Source: Pseudomonadota bacterium
GTDB taxonomy: Bacteria; Bdellovibrionota_F; JAHFAK01; JBDREC01
Direction of reading: 5' to 3'
Assembly (NCBI GenBank): GCA_043820105.1
Contig: JBDREC010000027.1
Coordinates: forward strand, 1-48,256
Length of the DNA: 48,256 nt
Shown here: positions 28,282 through 39,006 of the stretch, one piece after another
Layout: each line of letters begins with the position of its first letter
Position numbering within the stretch: position 1 is the stretch's first letter
Notes under the pieces: model-generated
Seen by the model: the letters and a program-made list of their open reading frames with translations, nothing else
What the model was told of the DNA's origin: nothing
Databases searched by the model: none
Made by a program: the position numbers and the translations under genes

Positions 28282-29733
28282 ATGGAAGCAGTTCAAGTTA
28301 AAGAAAAACACCCACAGGGACTTTATCTACTTTTTACAGTGGAAATGTGGGAACGGTTCTCATACTACGGAATGCGTGGTATTTTACTTCTTTATATGTT
28401 GAAATATCTAGAGTTTTCAACAGAAGATGGTAGTCGAATTTATGGTTGGTATACAAGTTTGGTTTATGGTTTTGGCATGTTTGGAGGCTACGTTGCAGAT
28501 AGATTCTTGGGTCAAAGACGTTCTATCTTCCTTGGTGGAATTTTGATTACTCTTGGCCACTTTTCTTTGGCCTTTGAACCCCTACCCTTCTTTTTTGGAG
28601 GTCTTGCCTTATTAGTTGTTGGAACAGGTTTTTTAAAACCTAATATTTCAGCTATTGTTGGTGGCTTATATGAAAAAAATGATCCAAGAAGAGATGGTGG
28701 TTTCACCATCTTTTATATGGGCATTAATTTAGGTGCAATGTTTTCACCACTTATTTGCGGAACCTTGGGCGAAAAAGTTGGCTGGCACTATGGTTTTGCA
28801 GCAGCAGGTGTGGGAATGGTAATCGGTCTTATTTGTTATGCAATAGGCCACAAAAAACTCCTAGGTGATATTGGTTTAAAACCTGAACATAAGACAAGAG
28901 ACTTTAAAGAACTATTTATAATAATAGGTGTTATAGCCATTGCTGTTGCACTAATGTTTTTAACAAGCATGGCAGTAGCAATACTTACTATGATAGCTGT
29001 TTTAGCTTGTTATTATTATTATAAACATATTAATGCCAAGAAAACTGGCGGAGTTGTTGATGATTCAAAACCTCTGACTAAAGAAGAAATCCATAGATTG
29101 ATTGTTATCTTTGTAATGTCATTCTTTACAATATTTTTCTGGATGGCTTTTGAACAAGCAGGATCTTCATTAACACTTTTTGCAGACAGAGAAACAAATA
29201 GAATAATACCTTTTTTAAATTGGGAATTCCCAACAAGCTGGTTCCAATCACTTAATCCACTTTTTATTATTATTCTGGCTCCATTCTTTTCAAAAATGTG
29301 GATTAAACTTGCAAAGAAAAATATGGATCCTTCAGCACCAATTAAATTCGCAGCAGGCCTAACCCTTCTTGCCTTAGCTTTTTTGACAATGGTATTTGCA
29401 GTTATGGTATTTGAAGCTACAGGAAATAGTGTTGGAATTATTTGGTTAGTTCTATGTTATTTCTTCTGCACAGTTGGTGAACTTTGTATTTCACCAATTG
29501 GCTTATCACTAGTCACCAAACTTTCACCATTTAGATTTGTTTCATTTATGATGGCGATTTGGTTCATGTCAGCTTCTGCTGCTAACTTATTCGCTGGATT
29601 ATTTGGTGGACAATATGATTCTATGGACCACAAGCTCTTCTTCTTAATACCTGTTGTTATAGCTGGTTCTTCTGCTGTTGTCTTATTATTGTTATCCAAA
29701 TGGTTGAAAAACTGGATGCACGGGGTTAGATAA
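28282..29733 (+). CDS. Proton-dependent oligopeptide transporter (POT/PTR, MFS)
   Basis: EMWERFSYYGMR (ExxER motif), GFLKPNIS, FYMGINLG, FQSLNP, GELCISPIGLS. Confidence 0.95.
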   Translation: MEAVQVKEKHPQGLYLLFTVEMWERFSYYGMRGILLLYMLKYLEFSTEDGSRIYGWYTSLVYGFGMFGGYVADRFLGQRRSIFLGGILITLGHFSLAFEPLPFFFGGLALLVVGTGFLKPNISAIVGGLYEKNDPRRDGGFTIFYMGINLGAMFSPLICGTLGEKVGWHYGFAAAGVGMVIGLICYAIGHKKLLGDIGLKPEHKTRDFKELFIIIGVIAIAVALMFLTSMAVAILTMIAVLACYYYYKHINAKKTGGVVDDSKPLTKEEIHRLIVIFVMSFFTIFFWMAFEQAGSSLTLFADRETNRIIPFLNWEFPTSWFQSLNPLFIIILAPFFSKMWIKLAKKNMDPSAPIKFAAGLTLLALAFLTMVFAVMVFEATGNSVGIIWLVLCYFFCTVGELCISPIGLSLVTKLSPFRFVSFMMAIWFMSASAANLFAGLFGGQYDSMDHKLFFLIPVVIAGSSAVVLLLLSKWLKNWMHGVR

Positions 29734-29761
29734 AAGGAGAAATCAATTTAAATGGACATAG

Positions 29762-29839
29762 CAACCCTACCCTGAAAATAAATCAAAAAACAGAAGAGTT
29801 GAAATTTATATTGATGCAGAATTAAAGCAAACCTTGTAA
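29762..29839 (+). pseudogene. Tiny remnant of an OmpA/MotB-type peptidoglycan-binding domain C-terminus
   Basis: Manual translation QPYPENKSKNRRVEIYIDAELKQTL*; NRRVEI is the OmpA-family terminal motif; preceded by an in-frame stop. Confidence 0.45.
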
Positions 29840-29860
29840 AATATAAATCAAAATTCAGTT

Positions 29861-30715
29861 TTAATTAAATATAAATGGTTCTGGGATTATGATTAAGATT
29901 AAGATTATGATAAGGAAGATGGATATGATTTTTCTTTGCTTTGACAAAGGTATATTTTCATATTCAACAGGGGGATGCTTGGAACCCATTACTATTAATA
30001 AAAATCCCCAAAAGGCCCAACCTGGCCAGGTAAAATATCCTAAAATTAACATTGCAAAAATTAATATTCTTGATGCATTTTTATGAGCCTTTCCAAAAAT
30101 AGAGTAAAGAATGTGACCACCATCTAATTGTCCAATTGGAATTAAATTAAGCATAGTAACTAGAAAGCCAAACCAGGCAGCTAAAGCCATTGGGTGCAAC
30201 ATTATAGTAACCCTGTCAGAATCAACACCATATAGAATATAAAATATACACTTTAGCAAAATTGATTCGCCTAAAAACATTCCATGCTCAGCTGGTGGAT
30301 ATGGCAATATCCTTGAATACATAAGTCCGATAATAAATGCGATCAATGAAAATAAAAAACTAATAATTGGTCCTGAAGCTCCAATATCAAATAAGGCGTT
30401 TCTAGTTTTAATTCTGGATTTCATCATTATAAAAGCGCCAAATGTACCAATTGATATATAAGGAGCAGGCAATACAATGCCTGGAATAAAATAAGGTAGG
30501 GTCACATTTACTTGCCACTTTCTAGCAAAATAATAATGTCCCAGCTCGTGAGCAAACAAAATAAACATTAGTGTAAAGGAAAAGGGTATTCCCCTTAAAA
30601 TAAACATAGGATTCTGAAATGGGTCATAGCCTGAAAGATAAGTTCCAGATAAAAGAGTAGTAAATAAAGTTACAAAAAATAAAAGAATGTGGATTAAATA
30701 TTTATTCTTCCGCAT
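29861..30715 (-). CDS. Site-2 protease family (M50) intramembrane metalloprotease
   Basis: AHELGHY, ASGP, NLIPIGQLDGGH; multiple hydrophobic segments. Confidence 0.93.
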   Translation of the reverse strand: MRKNKYLIHILLFFVTLFTTLLSGTYLSGYDPFQNPMFILRGIPFSFTLMFILFAHELGHYYFARKWQVNVTLPYFIPGIVLPAPYISIGTFGAFIMMKSRIKTRNALFDIGASGPIISFLFSLIAFIIGLMYSRILPYPPAEHGMFLGESILLKCIFYILYGVDSDRVTIMLHPMALAAWFGFLVTMLNLIPIGQLDGGHILYSIFGKAHKNASRILIFAMLILGYFTWPGWAFWGFLLIVMGSKHPPVEYENIPLSKQRKIISIFLIIILILIIIPEPFIFN

Positions 30716-32825
30716 TGATTGATTCTTCTGCCACCTCTGAGGCCCTTAATATCTGACCATTTTGTACAGTTAAAATAGTCAAATCTCTTTCAAAGTCTCC
30801 GTCTTCAGTAATCCTTGTATTTCCCATTATGCTTTTAAATTTTTTCAAGTTCAATAATACATCTTTTAATTCTTCTCTTTTATCAATATCTTTGAGAGTT
30901 AAAATCCTCGTTAAAACCCATGCTGTTTCATAACCAATGTGTGATAGATAGCCAGGATCATCAAAAGTGCTTAGTCTATATTCATCAATAAACCTTTTCC
31001 TAATCGGATCACTTTCATCAAGCTTAAAAAGCTCAACAAAGAAAGAATTATCAACATTCTTTTTTCCACTTCTAAAAATAAATTTTTGATTATTCCAACT
31101 AGGGGTTCCAACAAATACTACATCACGAATATCGTGATAATATAGTGCAGGAATAATTAAACTGGCTGTTTGATATTTTTCTGGAATAAATATGGCTTCA
31201 AAATCAACGATTGCTGGCAGATCATTATAGCTTTCATAACAAAGATCATCTTTAACTTTCTCTTGGTTTTGTTGTGTTTCCTCACCTTCTACAAGTCCTA
31301 TGCCTCCAAGAAGAATTTGGTTTTCTTCTTCATTATGTTTTTCTGTTTCCTTTGCTTCTTCTAAAGTCTTTTTCAGCTCCTGTTCTTTAGCTTTCTTTCT
31401 TGCTAACTCTTCTTCTGTACATATCTGGTCATGTCTATCTTTTTTATAATATAAACCAACAAGCTTTTTTAGTGGTTGTTTAAAATCAGTGGAATTTGGT
31501 TCATAAGCTTCAATTCCAACTAGTTCACCATTATATTTTTTTAGCTCCTTGACAAAAATATCCACAAACTCCAGTCCTGATTCGTCTTCAGGATAAAGTA
31601 TAGCATATTTCTTAATGTCATAGTTTTCCATAAGATGAGGAATAAGGGTAGCTACTTGATTTTTCTTTGTAAGAAAATTTCTAAATACATACTCTCTTTC
31701 TTTTGTAATATTTTCTATTGAAGTAAATGTAAATGTTGGGACCTCATACTGATTTGCAAGCTTTGCGAGTTCTTCGAGATTATCAACACCAAATGGTCCA
31801 ATAACTGCAATTACTGATTTATCTAAAACTAAACTTTCAAATTGATTTATAACTTCACTATCATCAGATTCTCCAATATCTTCCACTTCAAAGCTAATAT
31901 CAACGCCTGTATCGCTAAAGACTTTTGCAGCTAATAAAATACCATAAAATAATGACTTCCCATGCTTTTCATTTTTCCCAGACAAGGGCAATAAAAGACC
32001 AATCTTATGTGGGTCCACCTTGTTTAATTTTTTAATAATATCTATTTTCTTTTCAATTTGAGCTGTTAATGGATGATTGGGGAAAAGGTCAATAAAGTCA
32101 TCAGCATAATCCATTAATTTTTCATATTGTTTTTCTGCAAATAACCTTTTAATAAGTTCGGCTAAAATATCAGCTGAAGGAAAATTACCTTTATAATCTT
32201 TATATTTTTCCTCGAGTTCAGCAATAGATAGTTCATTTATTATAAAATATATTTTTTCCTCAATATCCATTATTTTTTCGCTATTTGTCTCAACCTTCAT
32301 GCTTGCAATAAAAAGATCAAAGGCATTATAATAATCTTCATAAGTAAACAAAAGAGAAGGATAAAGAGTTAAATATTCATATTGCTCAGGAGCACTCAAT
32401 TTTCTCATATCTATAGCATTTAAAAACTTCAAACTACTTTCTTCTTCTGATGCATTAAAATAACAAGTAGCTAGGCGAAGATTTGACACATTAACTTTTT
32501 CATAATCAGAATGCCGTTTAACCAAAGTATAGTAGTATTTAATAGCTTCTTCACAGTTTTTTTGCTTGTAATAAATCTCACCAAGCATGTAATAGATATG
32601 AGGAACATCGCTAGAATGAGGAAAAAATCTTAAGTAGTCTTTTAAAACACTTTTAGCTTCCTCAAACTTACCTTCTTCAAATGCCTTCTTTGAAGTTAAA
32701 TATAATCCAAGCTTTAAAGTACCAGCATCCTGCTGTCGTCCCTTATATGAGATCCTTTTGGGGTGACATGAAAGTAAAAGAATAGAAATAATTATAAGAC
32801 AAGATATGACCTTAAGAATTTTCAT
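30702..32825 (-). CDS. TPR lipoprotein with a periplasmic-binding-protein type 1 domain (LpoA-like PBP activator)
   Basis: Lipobox LLSC, N-terminal TPRs, KIGLLLPLSG, AVIGP, AILYP...G, DFEAIFIP. Confidence 0.75.
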   Translation of the reverse strand: MKILKVISCLIIISILLLSCHPKRISYKGRQQDAGTLKLGLYLTSKKAFEEGKFEEAKSVLKDYLRFFPHSSDVPHIYYMLGEIYYKQKNCEEAIKYYYTLVKRHSDYEKVNVSNLRLATCYFNASEEESSLKFLNAIDMRKLSAPEQYEYLTLYPSLLFTYEDYYNAFDLFIASMKVETNSEKIMDIEEKIYFIINELSIAELEEKYKDYKGNFPSADILAELIKRLFAEKQYEKLMDYADDFIDLFPNHPLTAQIEKKIDIIKKLNKVDPHKIGLLLPLSGKNEKHGKSLFYGILLAAKVFSDTGVDISFEVEDIGESDDSEVINQFESLVLDKSVIAVIGPFGVDNLEELAKLANQYEVPTFTFTSIENITKEREYVFRNFLTKKNQVATLIPHLMENYDIKKYAILYPEDESGLEFVDIFVKELKKYNGELVGIEAYEPNSTDFKQPLKKLVGLYYKKDRHDQICTEEELARKKAKEQELKKTLEEAKETEKHNEEENQILLGGIGLVEGEETQQNQEKVKDDLCYESYNDLPAIVDFEAIFIPEKYQTASLIIPALYYHDIRDVVFVGTPSWNNQKFIFRSGKKNVDNSFFVELFKLDESDPIRKRFIDEYRLSTFDDPGYLSHIGYETAWVLTRILTLKDIDKREELKDVLLNLKKFKSIMGNTRITEDGDFERDLTILTVQNGQILRASEVAEESINAEE

Positions 32826-32838
32826 TTATATATAAGAC

Positions 32839-35313
32839 CTAGTTAGCGTGAACTTTAATTTCTTCTTTGCTGTTTTCAATCTCTGATTGTGGTTGATTTT
32901 TTTCAATTATGAAGAATTTATCTTGTTCATTTAATTTTATTTTGAACTCATCTTTATCTTCAACTGCCAAGGCATTAATTAAGACTTCATCCATATTCTC
33001 AACCATTATTATTTCCAAAGACTTTAGAATCTTTGAAGGAATATCTTTTAAATCTTTCTCATTTAAAGCAGGAATAATAACAGTCTTCATCTGACCTCTA
33101 TGAGCAGCCAATATTTTTTCTTTTAAACCACCAATTGGTAAAACTCTGCCACGAAGTGATATTTCACCTGTCATTGCCACATCTCTTTTTACTGGTATTC
33201 TTGTAAGTGATGAAGCTATTGAAGTGGCCATGGTAATACCAGCTGAAGGTCCATCTTTAGGAATAGCTCCTTCTGGAATATGTATGTGAATATCAATTTT
33301 TTGATAGAAATCACCAGGTAGTCCAAGATGCAAAGCTCTACTTCTAACATAACTTAAAGCAGCTTGTGCTGATTCCTGCATTACATTTCCAAGTCGCCCT
33401 GTTATTGTAAGTTTGCCTCTTCCTGGCATAACTGAAACTTCTGTAACTAAGAGTTCGCCACCAACTTCTGTCCAAGCTAAGCCAGTTGTTAAGCCAATTT
33501 CATCCTTTTCTTCAATAGATCCATATCTAAACCTGGGAATCCCAAGATAAGAAAAAACTTTTTTAGCATTTACTTTAACAAAGTGATCTTTACCATATTG
33601 AACAACTTCTTTTGCTGCTTTTCTAGAAATTGAAGCTAGTTCTCTGTTTAGGCTTCTAACGCCAGATTCTCTAGTATAGCGACGAATCACTGTTTTAATT
33701 GCATCAGAAGTAATTTCAATATTTTTAGTTAACAGACCATTTTCTTCTCTTTGTTTTTTAACAAGATATTTTTGAGCAATATTTAGTTTTTCGATTTCAG
33801 TATAACCTGCGATTTGTATTATTTCCATTCTATCCAGAAGTGGTCTTGGAATAGTGTGCAAAGTATTTGCAGTGGTAATAAACATTATTTTTGAAAGATC
33901 ATAATCACAATCCAAATAGTGATCATTGAAAGTATGGTTTTGTTCAGGATCTAAGACTTCTAATAATGCAGCAGAAGGATCACCTCTAAAATCTGTACTC
34001 ATTTTATCAACTTCATCAAGAAGAAAAACTGGGTTTGAAGATCCTGCTTTTTTCAGTGATTGAATAATTTTACCTGGCATCGCACCGATGTAAGTTCTTC
34101 TATGACCTCTAATTTCTGCCTCATCTCTAACACCACCTAATGATAGTCTAACGAATTTTCTGCCTGTTGACCTTGCTATTGATCGGGCTAATGAAGTTTT
34201 ACCGGTGCCTGGAGGGCCCACCAAACAAAGAATTGGTCCCTTAATTTTTTCAACAAGTGCTTGTACTGATAAATACTCAAGAATTCTTGTTTTAGGTTTT
34301 TTAAGAGCGTAATGATCTTCATCTAGTATCTTTTCTGCTTCAACAATATCAAGTTTATCCTTTGTAAATTCACTCCATGGTAAACCTAAAAGCCAATCAA
34401 TATAGTTACGTACAACAGTAGCTTCAGCTGACATTGGTGACATTAATTTCAGTTTCTTAATTTCTTTTTCAGTTTTAATTCTTGCGTCTTTAGGCATTTT
34501 TTTGCTGGCCAATTGATCAGTAAGCTCTTGAATCTCATTTTTAGCATCATCTTTATCACCGAGCTCTTTTTGAATAGCATTTATCTGTTCATTTAAATAA
34601 TACTCTTTCTGAGTTTTCTCCATCTGCTTTTTAACACGAGATCTTATTTTTCTGTCAATTTGTAAAACTTCGATTTCTGATTCCATATGACCTTTTAACT
34701 TTATTAACCTCTTGTTTGGATCGTCAATTTCTAAAATCTCTTGTCTTTCATTAATCTTCAAACTCAAATGAGCTACAATAGTATCTGACAAGCGTGAAGG
34801 ATCATCAATTGTTGCAACAGACATCAGCATCTCAGGTGGAATTTTTCTGTTGAGTTTTATATAAGATTCGAATGTTGAATGTGTTGAACGTAAGAGTTCC
34901 TCAGTCTCATGAGAAGCTGTAACCCTATCCATAATTTCTTCAACTTCTACTTGAAAAAATTCTTTATTAGCTACATATTTTCTAACCTTTGCTCGTTTTT
35001 TACCATCAATAAGTACTTTCACAGTATTGTCAGGCAATCTTAGAAGCTGAACAATTGTACCAATTGTTCCAATTTCATAAAGATCAGCTTCAGATGGTTC
35101 ATTCACTTTAGCTTGTTTTTGAGAAACCAAGAAAAGATCTTTATCTTTTTTCATTGCTTCTTCTAAAGCTTTAATCGATTTTTCTCTTCCAACAAATAAA
35201 GGAACTACCATATATGGAAAAATTATAATATCCCTTAATGGTAATAAAGGTAAGTTTCTACTTAGTACATTATCATTTTGAGACTCATGTTCTTTTTGAT
35301 CTGACTTTGTCAT
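32839..35313 (-). CDS. lon: ATP-dependent Lon protease
   Basis: [44 protein letters not shown]. Confidence 0.99.
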   Translation of the reverse strand: MTKSDQKEHESQNDNVLSRNLPLLPLRDIIIFPYMVVPLFVGREKSIKALEEAMKKDKDLFLVSQKQAKVNEPSEADLYEIGTIGTIVQLLRLPDNTVKVLIDGKKRAKVRKYVANKEFFQVEVEEIMDRVTASHETEELLRSTHSTFESYIKLNRKIPPEMLMSVATIDDPSRLSDTIVAHLSLKINERQEILEIDDPNKRLIKLKGHMESEIEVLQIDRKIRSRVKKQMEKTQKEYYLNEQINAIQKELGDKDDAKNEIQELTDQLASKKMPKDARIKTEKEIKKLKLMSPMSAEATVVRNYIDWLLGLPWSEFTKDKLDIVEAEKILDEDHYALKKPKTRILEYLSVQALVEKIKGPILCLVGPPGTGKTSLARSIARSTGRKFVRLSLGGVRDEAEIRGHRRTYIGAMPGKIIQSLKKAGSSNPVFLLDEVDKMSTDFRGDPSAALLEVLDPEQNHTFNDHYLDCDYDLSKIMFITTANTLHTIPRPLLDRMEIIQIAGYTEIEKLNIAQKYLVKKQREENGLLTKNIEITSDAIKTVIRRYTRESGVRSLNRELASISRKAAKEVVQYGKDHFVKVNAKKVFSYLGIPRFRYGSIEEKDEIGLTTGLAWTEVGGELLVTEVSVMPGRGKLTITGRLGNVMQESAQAALSYVRSRALHLGLPGDFYQKIDIHIHIPEGAIPKDGPSAGITMATSIASSLTRIPVKRDVAMTGEISLRGRVLPIGGLKEKILAAHRGQMKTVIIPALNEKDLKDIPSKILKSLEIIMVENMDEVLINALAVEDKDEFKIKLNEQDKFFIIEKNQPQSEIENSKEEIKVHAN

Positions 35314-35342
35314 TAATTTCCTCCAGTGTAAGTTTAAACATA

Positions 35343-35419
35343 GTATTCAGTATTCGGTATTCGGTATTCAGGGCTTTTAAACACTGAATACTGTATACTG
35401 AATACTGAACACTGAATAC
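35343..35419. repeat. Inverted GTATTYR heptamer arrays (4 + 5 units) between clpX and lon
   Basis: 35343-35370 gtattca gtattcg gtattcg gtattca; 35385-35419 tgaatac tgtatac tgaatac tgaacac tgaatac. Confidence 0.92.
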
Positions 35420-35443
35420 AACTTATAGCTTATAGTAACAATA

Positions 35444-36703
35444 TTATGCTAATTTTTTTGTCTTAGCATACACTAAAACTGCATCCTTTTTCCCAAGGAT
35501 AACATTATCATCAATTACACATTCGCAAACATTTTCCATTGATGGTATTTCATACATTATTTCAAGCATAGTTGTTTCTAAAATAGTTCGAAGTCCTCTT
35601 GCACCAGCTTTTTTCTTGAGAGCTTCTTGAGCTATAATTTCTATAGCTGAATCAGTAAAAGTAAGTTTTACATCTTCCATTTCAAATAATTTTTTATACT
35701 GCCTTACCAAAGAATTCCTTGTTTGAGTAAGTATTTTGCTTAAGGCATTTTTATCAAGCAGATGAAATGGAGAAACAACTGGAACCCTTCCAACAAATTC
35801 TGGAATCATACCATACTTTAAAATATCATCAGCATTTACTTGTCTTAAAATATCATCAAAGCTTAATTTAGATTTTGTTTTGATATCTGCACCAAAACCT
35901 AAATTTTTAACACCAATTCTTTTTTGGATAATCTTTTCAAGACCAACAAAAGCGCCCCCACAGATGAAAAGAATATTTGTTGTATCAACTTTAATGAACT
36001 CTTGCTGAGGGTGTTTTCTTCCACCCTTTGGAGGTACAGAAGAAATAGTGCCTTCAATAATCTTTAGCAAAGCTTGTTGAACCCCTTCACCTGAAACATC
36101 TCTTGTGATTGATGGATTATCAGATTTTTTAGCAATTTTATCTATCTCATCAATATACACAATTCCACGTTGAGCTCTTTCAACATCATAATCAGCAGCT
36201 TGCAAAAGATTTACTAAAATATTTTCAACATCTTCACCAACATACCCAGCTTCTGTCACATTAGTAGCATCAGCAATTGTAAAAGGCACATTCAGAATTT
36301 TTGCTAAAGTTTGTGCTATCAAAGTTTTTCCACAACCAGTTGGGCCAACAAGCAAAATATTACTTTTTTGTAATTCAACATCATCTTCAGCTGAATCAAG
36401 GTTTATCGCTATTCTTTTATAGTGGTTATAAACAGCTACTGAGATAATTTTTTTTGCATAGTCCTGGCCAATAATATATTGATCAAGGAATTTTTTAATT
36501 TCATGAGGTTTAGGAACTTTTACGTTTTTTTGACCCCCATGATCTCTTTTATTTTCTTCTGCTATAATATCATTACATAAAGCTATGCATTCATCACAGA
36601 TATAAACTGTTGGTCCTGCAATTAGCTTCTTTACTTCACGCTGTGTCTTTCCACAAAAAGAACAACTGAGTTGATTCTGTCTGGATTTTTTATTGTTAGA
36701 CAT
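35444..36703 (-). CDS. clpX: ATP-dependent Clp protease ATP-binding subunit ClpX
   Basis: CSFCGK zinc finger, [30 protein letters not shown] loop. Confidence 0.99.
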   Translation of the reverse strand: MSNNKKSRQNQLSCSFCGKTQREVKKLIAGPTVYICDECIALCNDIIAEENKRDHGGQKNVKVPKPHEIKKFLDQYIIGQDYAKKIISVAVYNHYKRIAINLDSAEDDVELQKSNILLVGPTGCGKTLIAQTLAKILNVPFTIADATNVTEAGYVGEDVENILVNLLQAADYDVERAQRGIVYIDEIDKIAKKSDNPSITRDVSGEGVQQALLKIIEGTISSVPPKGGRKHPQQEFIKVDTTNILFICGGAFVGLEKIIQKRIGVKNLGFGADIKTKSKLSFDDILRQVNADDILKYGMIPEFVGRVPVVSPFHLLDKNALSKILTQTRNSLVRQYKKLFEMEDVKLTFTDSAIEIIAQEALKKKAGARGLRTILETTMLEIMYEIPSMENVCECVIDDNVILGKKDAVLVYAKTKKLA

Positions 36704-36718
36704 TGCTTATAAGTAATC

Positions 36719-37303
36719 CTATTTATTGTTTGTAAAGACTTTATCAATAATTCCATAATCTAAAGCTTGCCTTGAACTCATGAAATTATCTCTATCAATA
36801 TCATTTTTTATTTTATCAGGGTCCTGGCCAGTATGAAAGGAAATGATATCTATCATTTTATTTTTGGCCTTAATTATTTCCCTTGCATGAATTTCAATAT
36901 CAGTTGCTTGACCTTGCATTCCACCAAGAGGCTGATGAATTAAAACTCTTGAATTTTCAAGCGCAAATCTCTTGCCTTTTTTACCAGCCATTAACAAAAT
37001 GGCTCCCATGCTAGAAGCCTGACCAATACAATATGTACAAATATCAGGAACTACATATTGCATAGTATCGTAAATTGCTAATCCAGAGGAAATAATACCA
37101 CCTGGTGAATTGATATAGATATGAACGTCCTTTTCAGGATCATCTGTTTGCAAAAATAAAAGCTGAGCAACCAAAGAGTTTGCAACATTATCGTTTATTT
37201 CTCCGCTTAAAAAGATGATTCTATCCTTCAAAAGTCTTGAATAAATATCGTAAGATCGTTCACCCTGATGGGTTTGTTCAATTACAATTGGTACTAAACT
37301 CAT
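36719..37303 (-). CDS. clpP: ATP-dependent Clp protease proteolytic subunit
   Basis: [10 protein letters not shown] (start 37303), [29 protein letters not shown]. Confidence 0.98.
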   Translation of the reverse strand: MSLVPIVIEQTHQGERSYDIYSRLLKDRIIFLSGEINDNVANSLVAQLLFLQTDDPEKDVHIYINSPGGIISSGLAIYDTMQYVVPDICTYCIGQASSMGAILLMAGKKGKRFALENSRVLIHQPLGGMQGQATDIEIHAREIIKAKNKMIDIISFHTGQDPDKIKNDIDRDNFMSSRQALDYGIIDKVFTNNK

Positions 37304-37310
37304 ATATTTC

Positions 37311-38579
37311 TCACTTCTTCTCTTCTTCTTTTTGTTCAATTATTATTGCTTCTTTTGCTAAAAAATCAAGAGTCTTCTCTTCTTTTATTTGAAATAAAAT
37401 TTGAGCCTTCATTTCATTTTTTGAATAATATGCCTTTAGTTTTGCTACTGGAAGATTCATTTGTGCAGCTTGGGTCTCAAAATATTCATCAAGTTCTTTT
37501 TCACCAGCTTTAATGTTTTCTTTTTCTGCAATAGCATCTAGTAATAAAGAAGTTCTAATGTTTTTTTCAGCATTTTTCTCATAGTTTTCTCTTTCAGTGC
37601 TTAAGATTTCTTCTTCTGTAAATTTCTGTCCGGAATGAGCCTGACTTGCAACAGCTCTTTTAACCATAATTTCAACTTCTCTTGCTACTAAAGATTTAGG
37701 AAGTTCAAAAACATTGTTTTGGGCCAGGGTTTCAAGCAGTTTTGTATTAAGCAGCTGTTTTTTAATATATTCTGTGCTTTTTTCAAGCTCTTCTTTTAAT
37801 TTAATTCTCATATCTTCCAAGTTTTCATACTTACCTGTTGACTTAGCGAATTCATCATTAATTTCAGGCAGTTCTTTTGATTTTATATTCAAAACTTTAG
37901 TTTCTACGTTATATTCCTTTTCGCCCATTTTAAAAGAAAATTTCTTTTCCTCATCTTTTTTCATGCCTTTAATATTTTTAAGAAATTCTGAAACTTCACC
38001 TTCTGAAACTATTTCAACAGTATCAACAACTGGTTTTGGATCTTTACCTTCTTCTAAAAAACAATATTCAACTTCAACATGATCACCATCAATCACTTCT
38101 CTTGCTTCTTCAATTGGCTTTAAAATAGCTTTTTCATCAAGCATTCTCTTCATCGCCATTTCAATGTCTTGTTCTTTAACATCAAACTTAGGGATCTCAA
38201 CTTTAATACCTTTATACTCATTAAGTTCAATTTCTGGTCTTACTTCAACTTTGGCTGAATAACTAAAGATTGCATCTTTTTGGGGAACTTCATAATCAAA
38301 TTCAGGTCTGGAAACCACAAAAATCTCATTTTTCTCAACAGCATCTGGAAAGGTTTTATCAATAATCTTTCTAGCTACATCATCAGCAACAGATTTTGAA
38401 AATTGTTTTTCAACTAAGCCTTTAGGAACTCTACCTTTTCTGAATCCCTTAAGGGCAAAATTTTTCTTAATATAATCAAAAGCTTCATTTATTTCAGAAT
38501 TAACAACTTCTTGCGAAATTTCCACAGAAATCTTTTTTTCAATCTTACTTAGATTTTCAACTGTTGCTTTAAAGTCCAT
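37311..38579 (-). CDS. tig: Trigger factor
   Basis: GFRKGRVP ribosome-binding signature, [15 protein letters not shown]; tig-clpP-clpX-lon synteny. Confidence 0.95.
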   Translation of the reverse strand: MDFKATVENLSKIEKKISVEISQEVVNSEINEAFDYIKKNFALKGFRKGRVPKGLVEKQFSKSVADDVARKIIDKTFPDAVEKNEIFVVSRPEFDYEVPQKDAIFSYSAKVEVRPEIELNEYKGIKVEIPKFDVKEQDIEMAMKRMLDEKAILKPIEEAREVIDGDHVEVEYCFLEEGKDPKPVVDTVEIVSEGEVSEFLKNIKGMKKDEEKKFSFKMGEKEYNVETKVLNIKSKELPEINDEFAKSTGKYENLEDMRIKLKEELEKSTEYIKKQLLNTKLLETLAQNNVFELPKSLVAREVEIMVKRAVASQAHSGQKFTEEEILSTERENYEKNAEKNIRTSLLLDAIAEKENIKAGEKELDEYFETQAAQMNLPVAKLKAYYSKNEMKAQILFQIKEEKTLDFLAKEAIIIEQKEEEKK

Positions 38580-38676
38580 TTTTTACTCCATTCTTAGTTA
38601 ACTAATATATTAATTCACCTGTGAGGCGCTGTTTAATTGATTAATATGGAAATGTAAAGGAAAAATTTCATCCGCC

Positions 38677-38917
38677 AGCCTGATTTTGAAAAGGAAGCGG
38701 TATTTAACTCAAAAAAAGACGGGTCAAAATCCCTGCGAGATTTTGCCCTTGATCTCGCCAGGCCATTTTCCAAGTATAAGTAAAATGAAATTTCCAAGTT
38801 AAAAACATTTAAAGGAAGAGATTTCATTTAACTTCTACTAGGAAAAACCATGCTGGCCAGGCTCCGATACACTTTTTTTGAGTTAAATACCGCTTCCTTT
38901 TCTTATAAAATCAGGCT
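38677..38917. repeat. ~240-nt long-hairpin element (MITE-like or structured ncRNA)
   Basis: Perfect 31-bp inverted repeat 38688-38718/38872-38902, extended by 11 bp (38677-38687/38907-38917) after a 4-nt bulge; internal nested stems. Confidence 0.8.
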
Positions 38918-39006
38918 AATATTTAAATATAAATAAGGATAAATAATTAACAGTCTTAATAATACATCAAGATGTGTATTTTTTATATAGGAAAATCTCA
39001 GGGAAG

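Noticed and set aside
26474-38628. Shared TTCAC(A)CYTGTGAGGC motif upstream of rpsO (~26475-26490) and tig (~38613-38627)
   Set aside because: Only two instances with an indel; cannot be separated from chance without a genome-wide scan.
38633-38827. 64-aa ORF upstream of tig
   Set aside because: Lies across the inverted-repeat element with no recognisable protein features.
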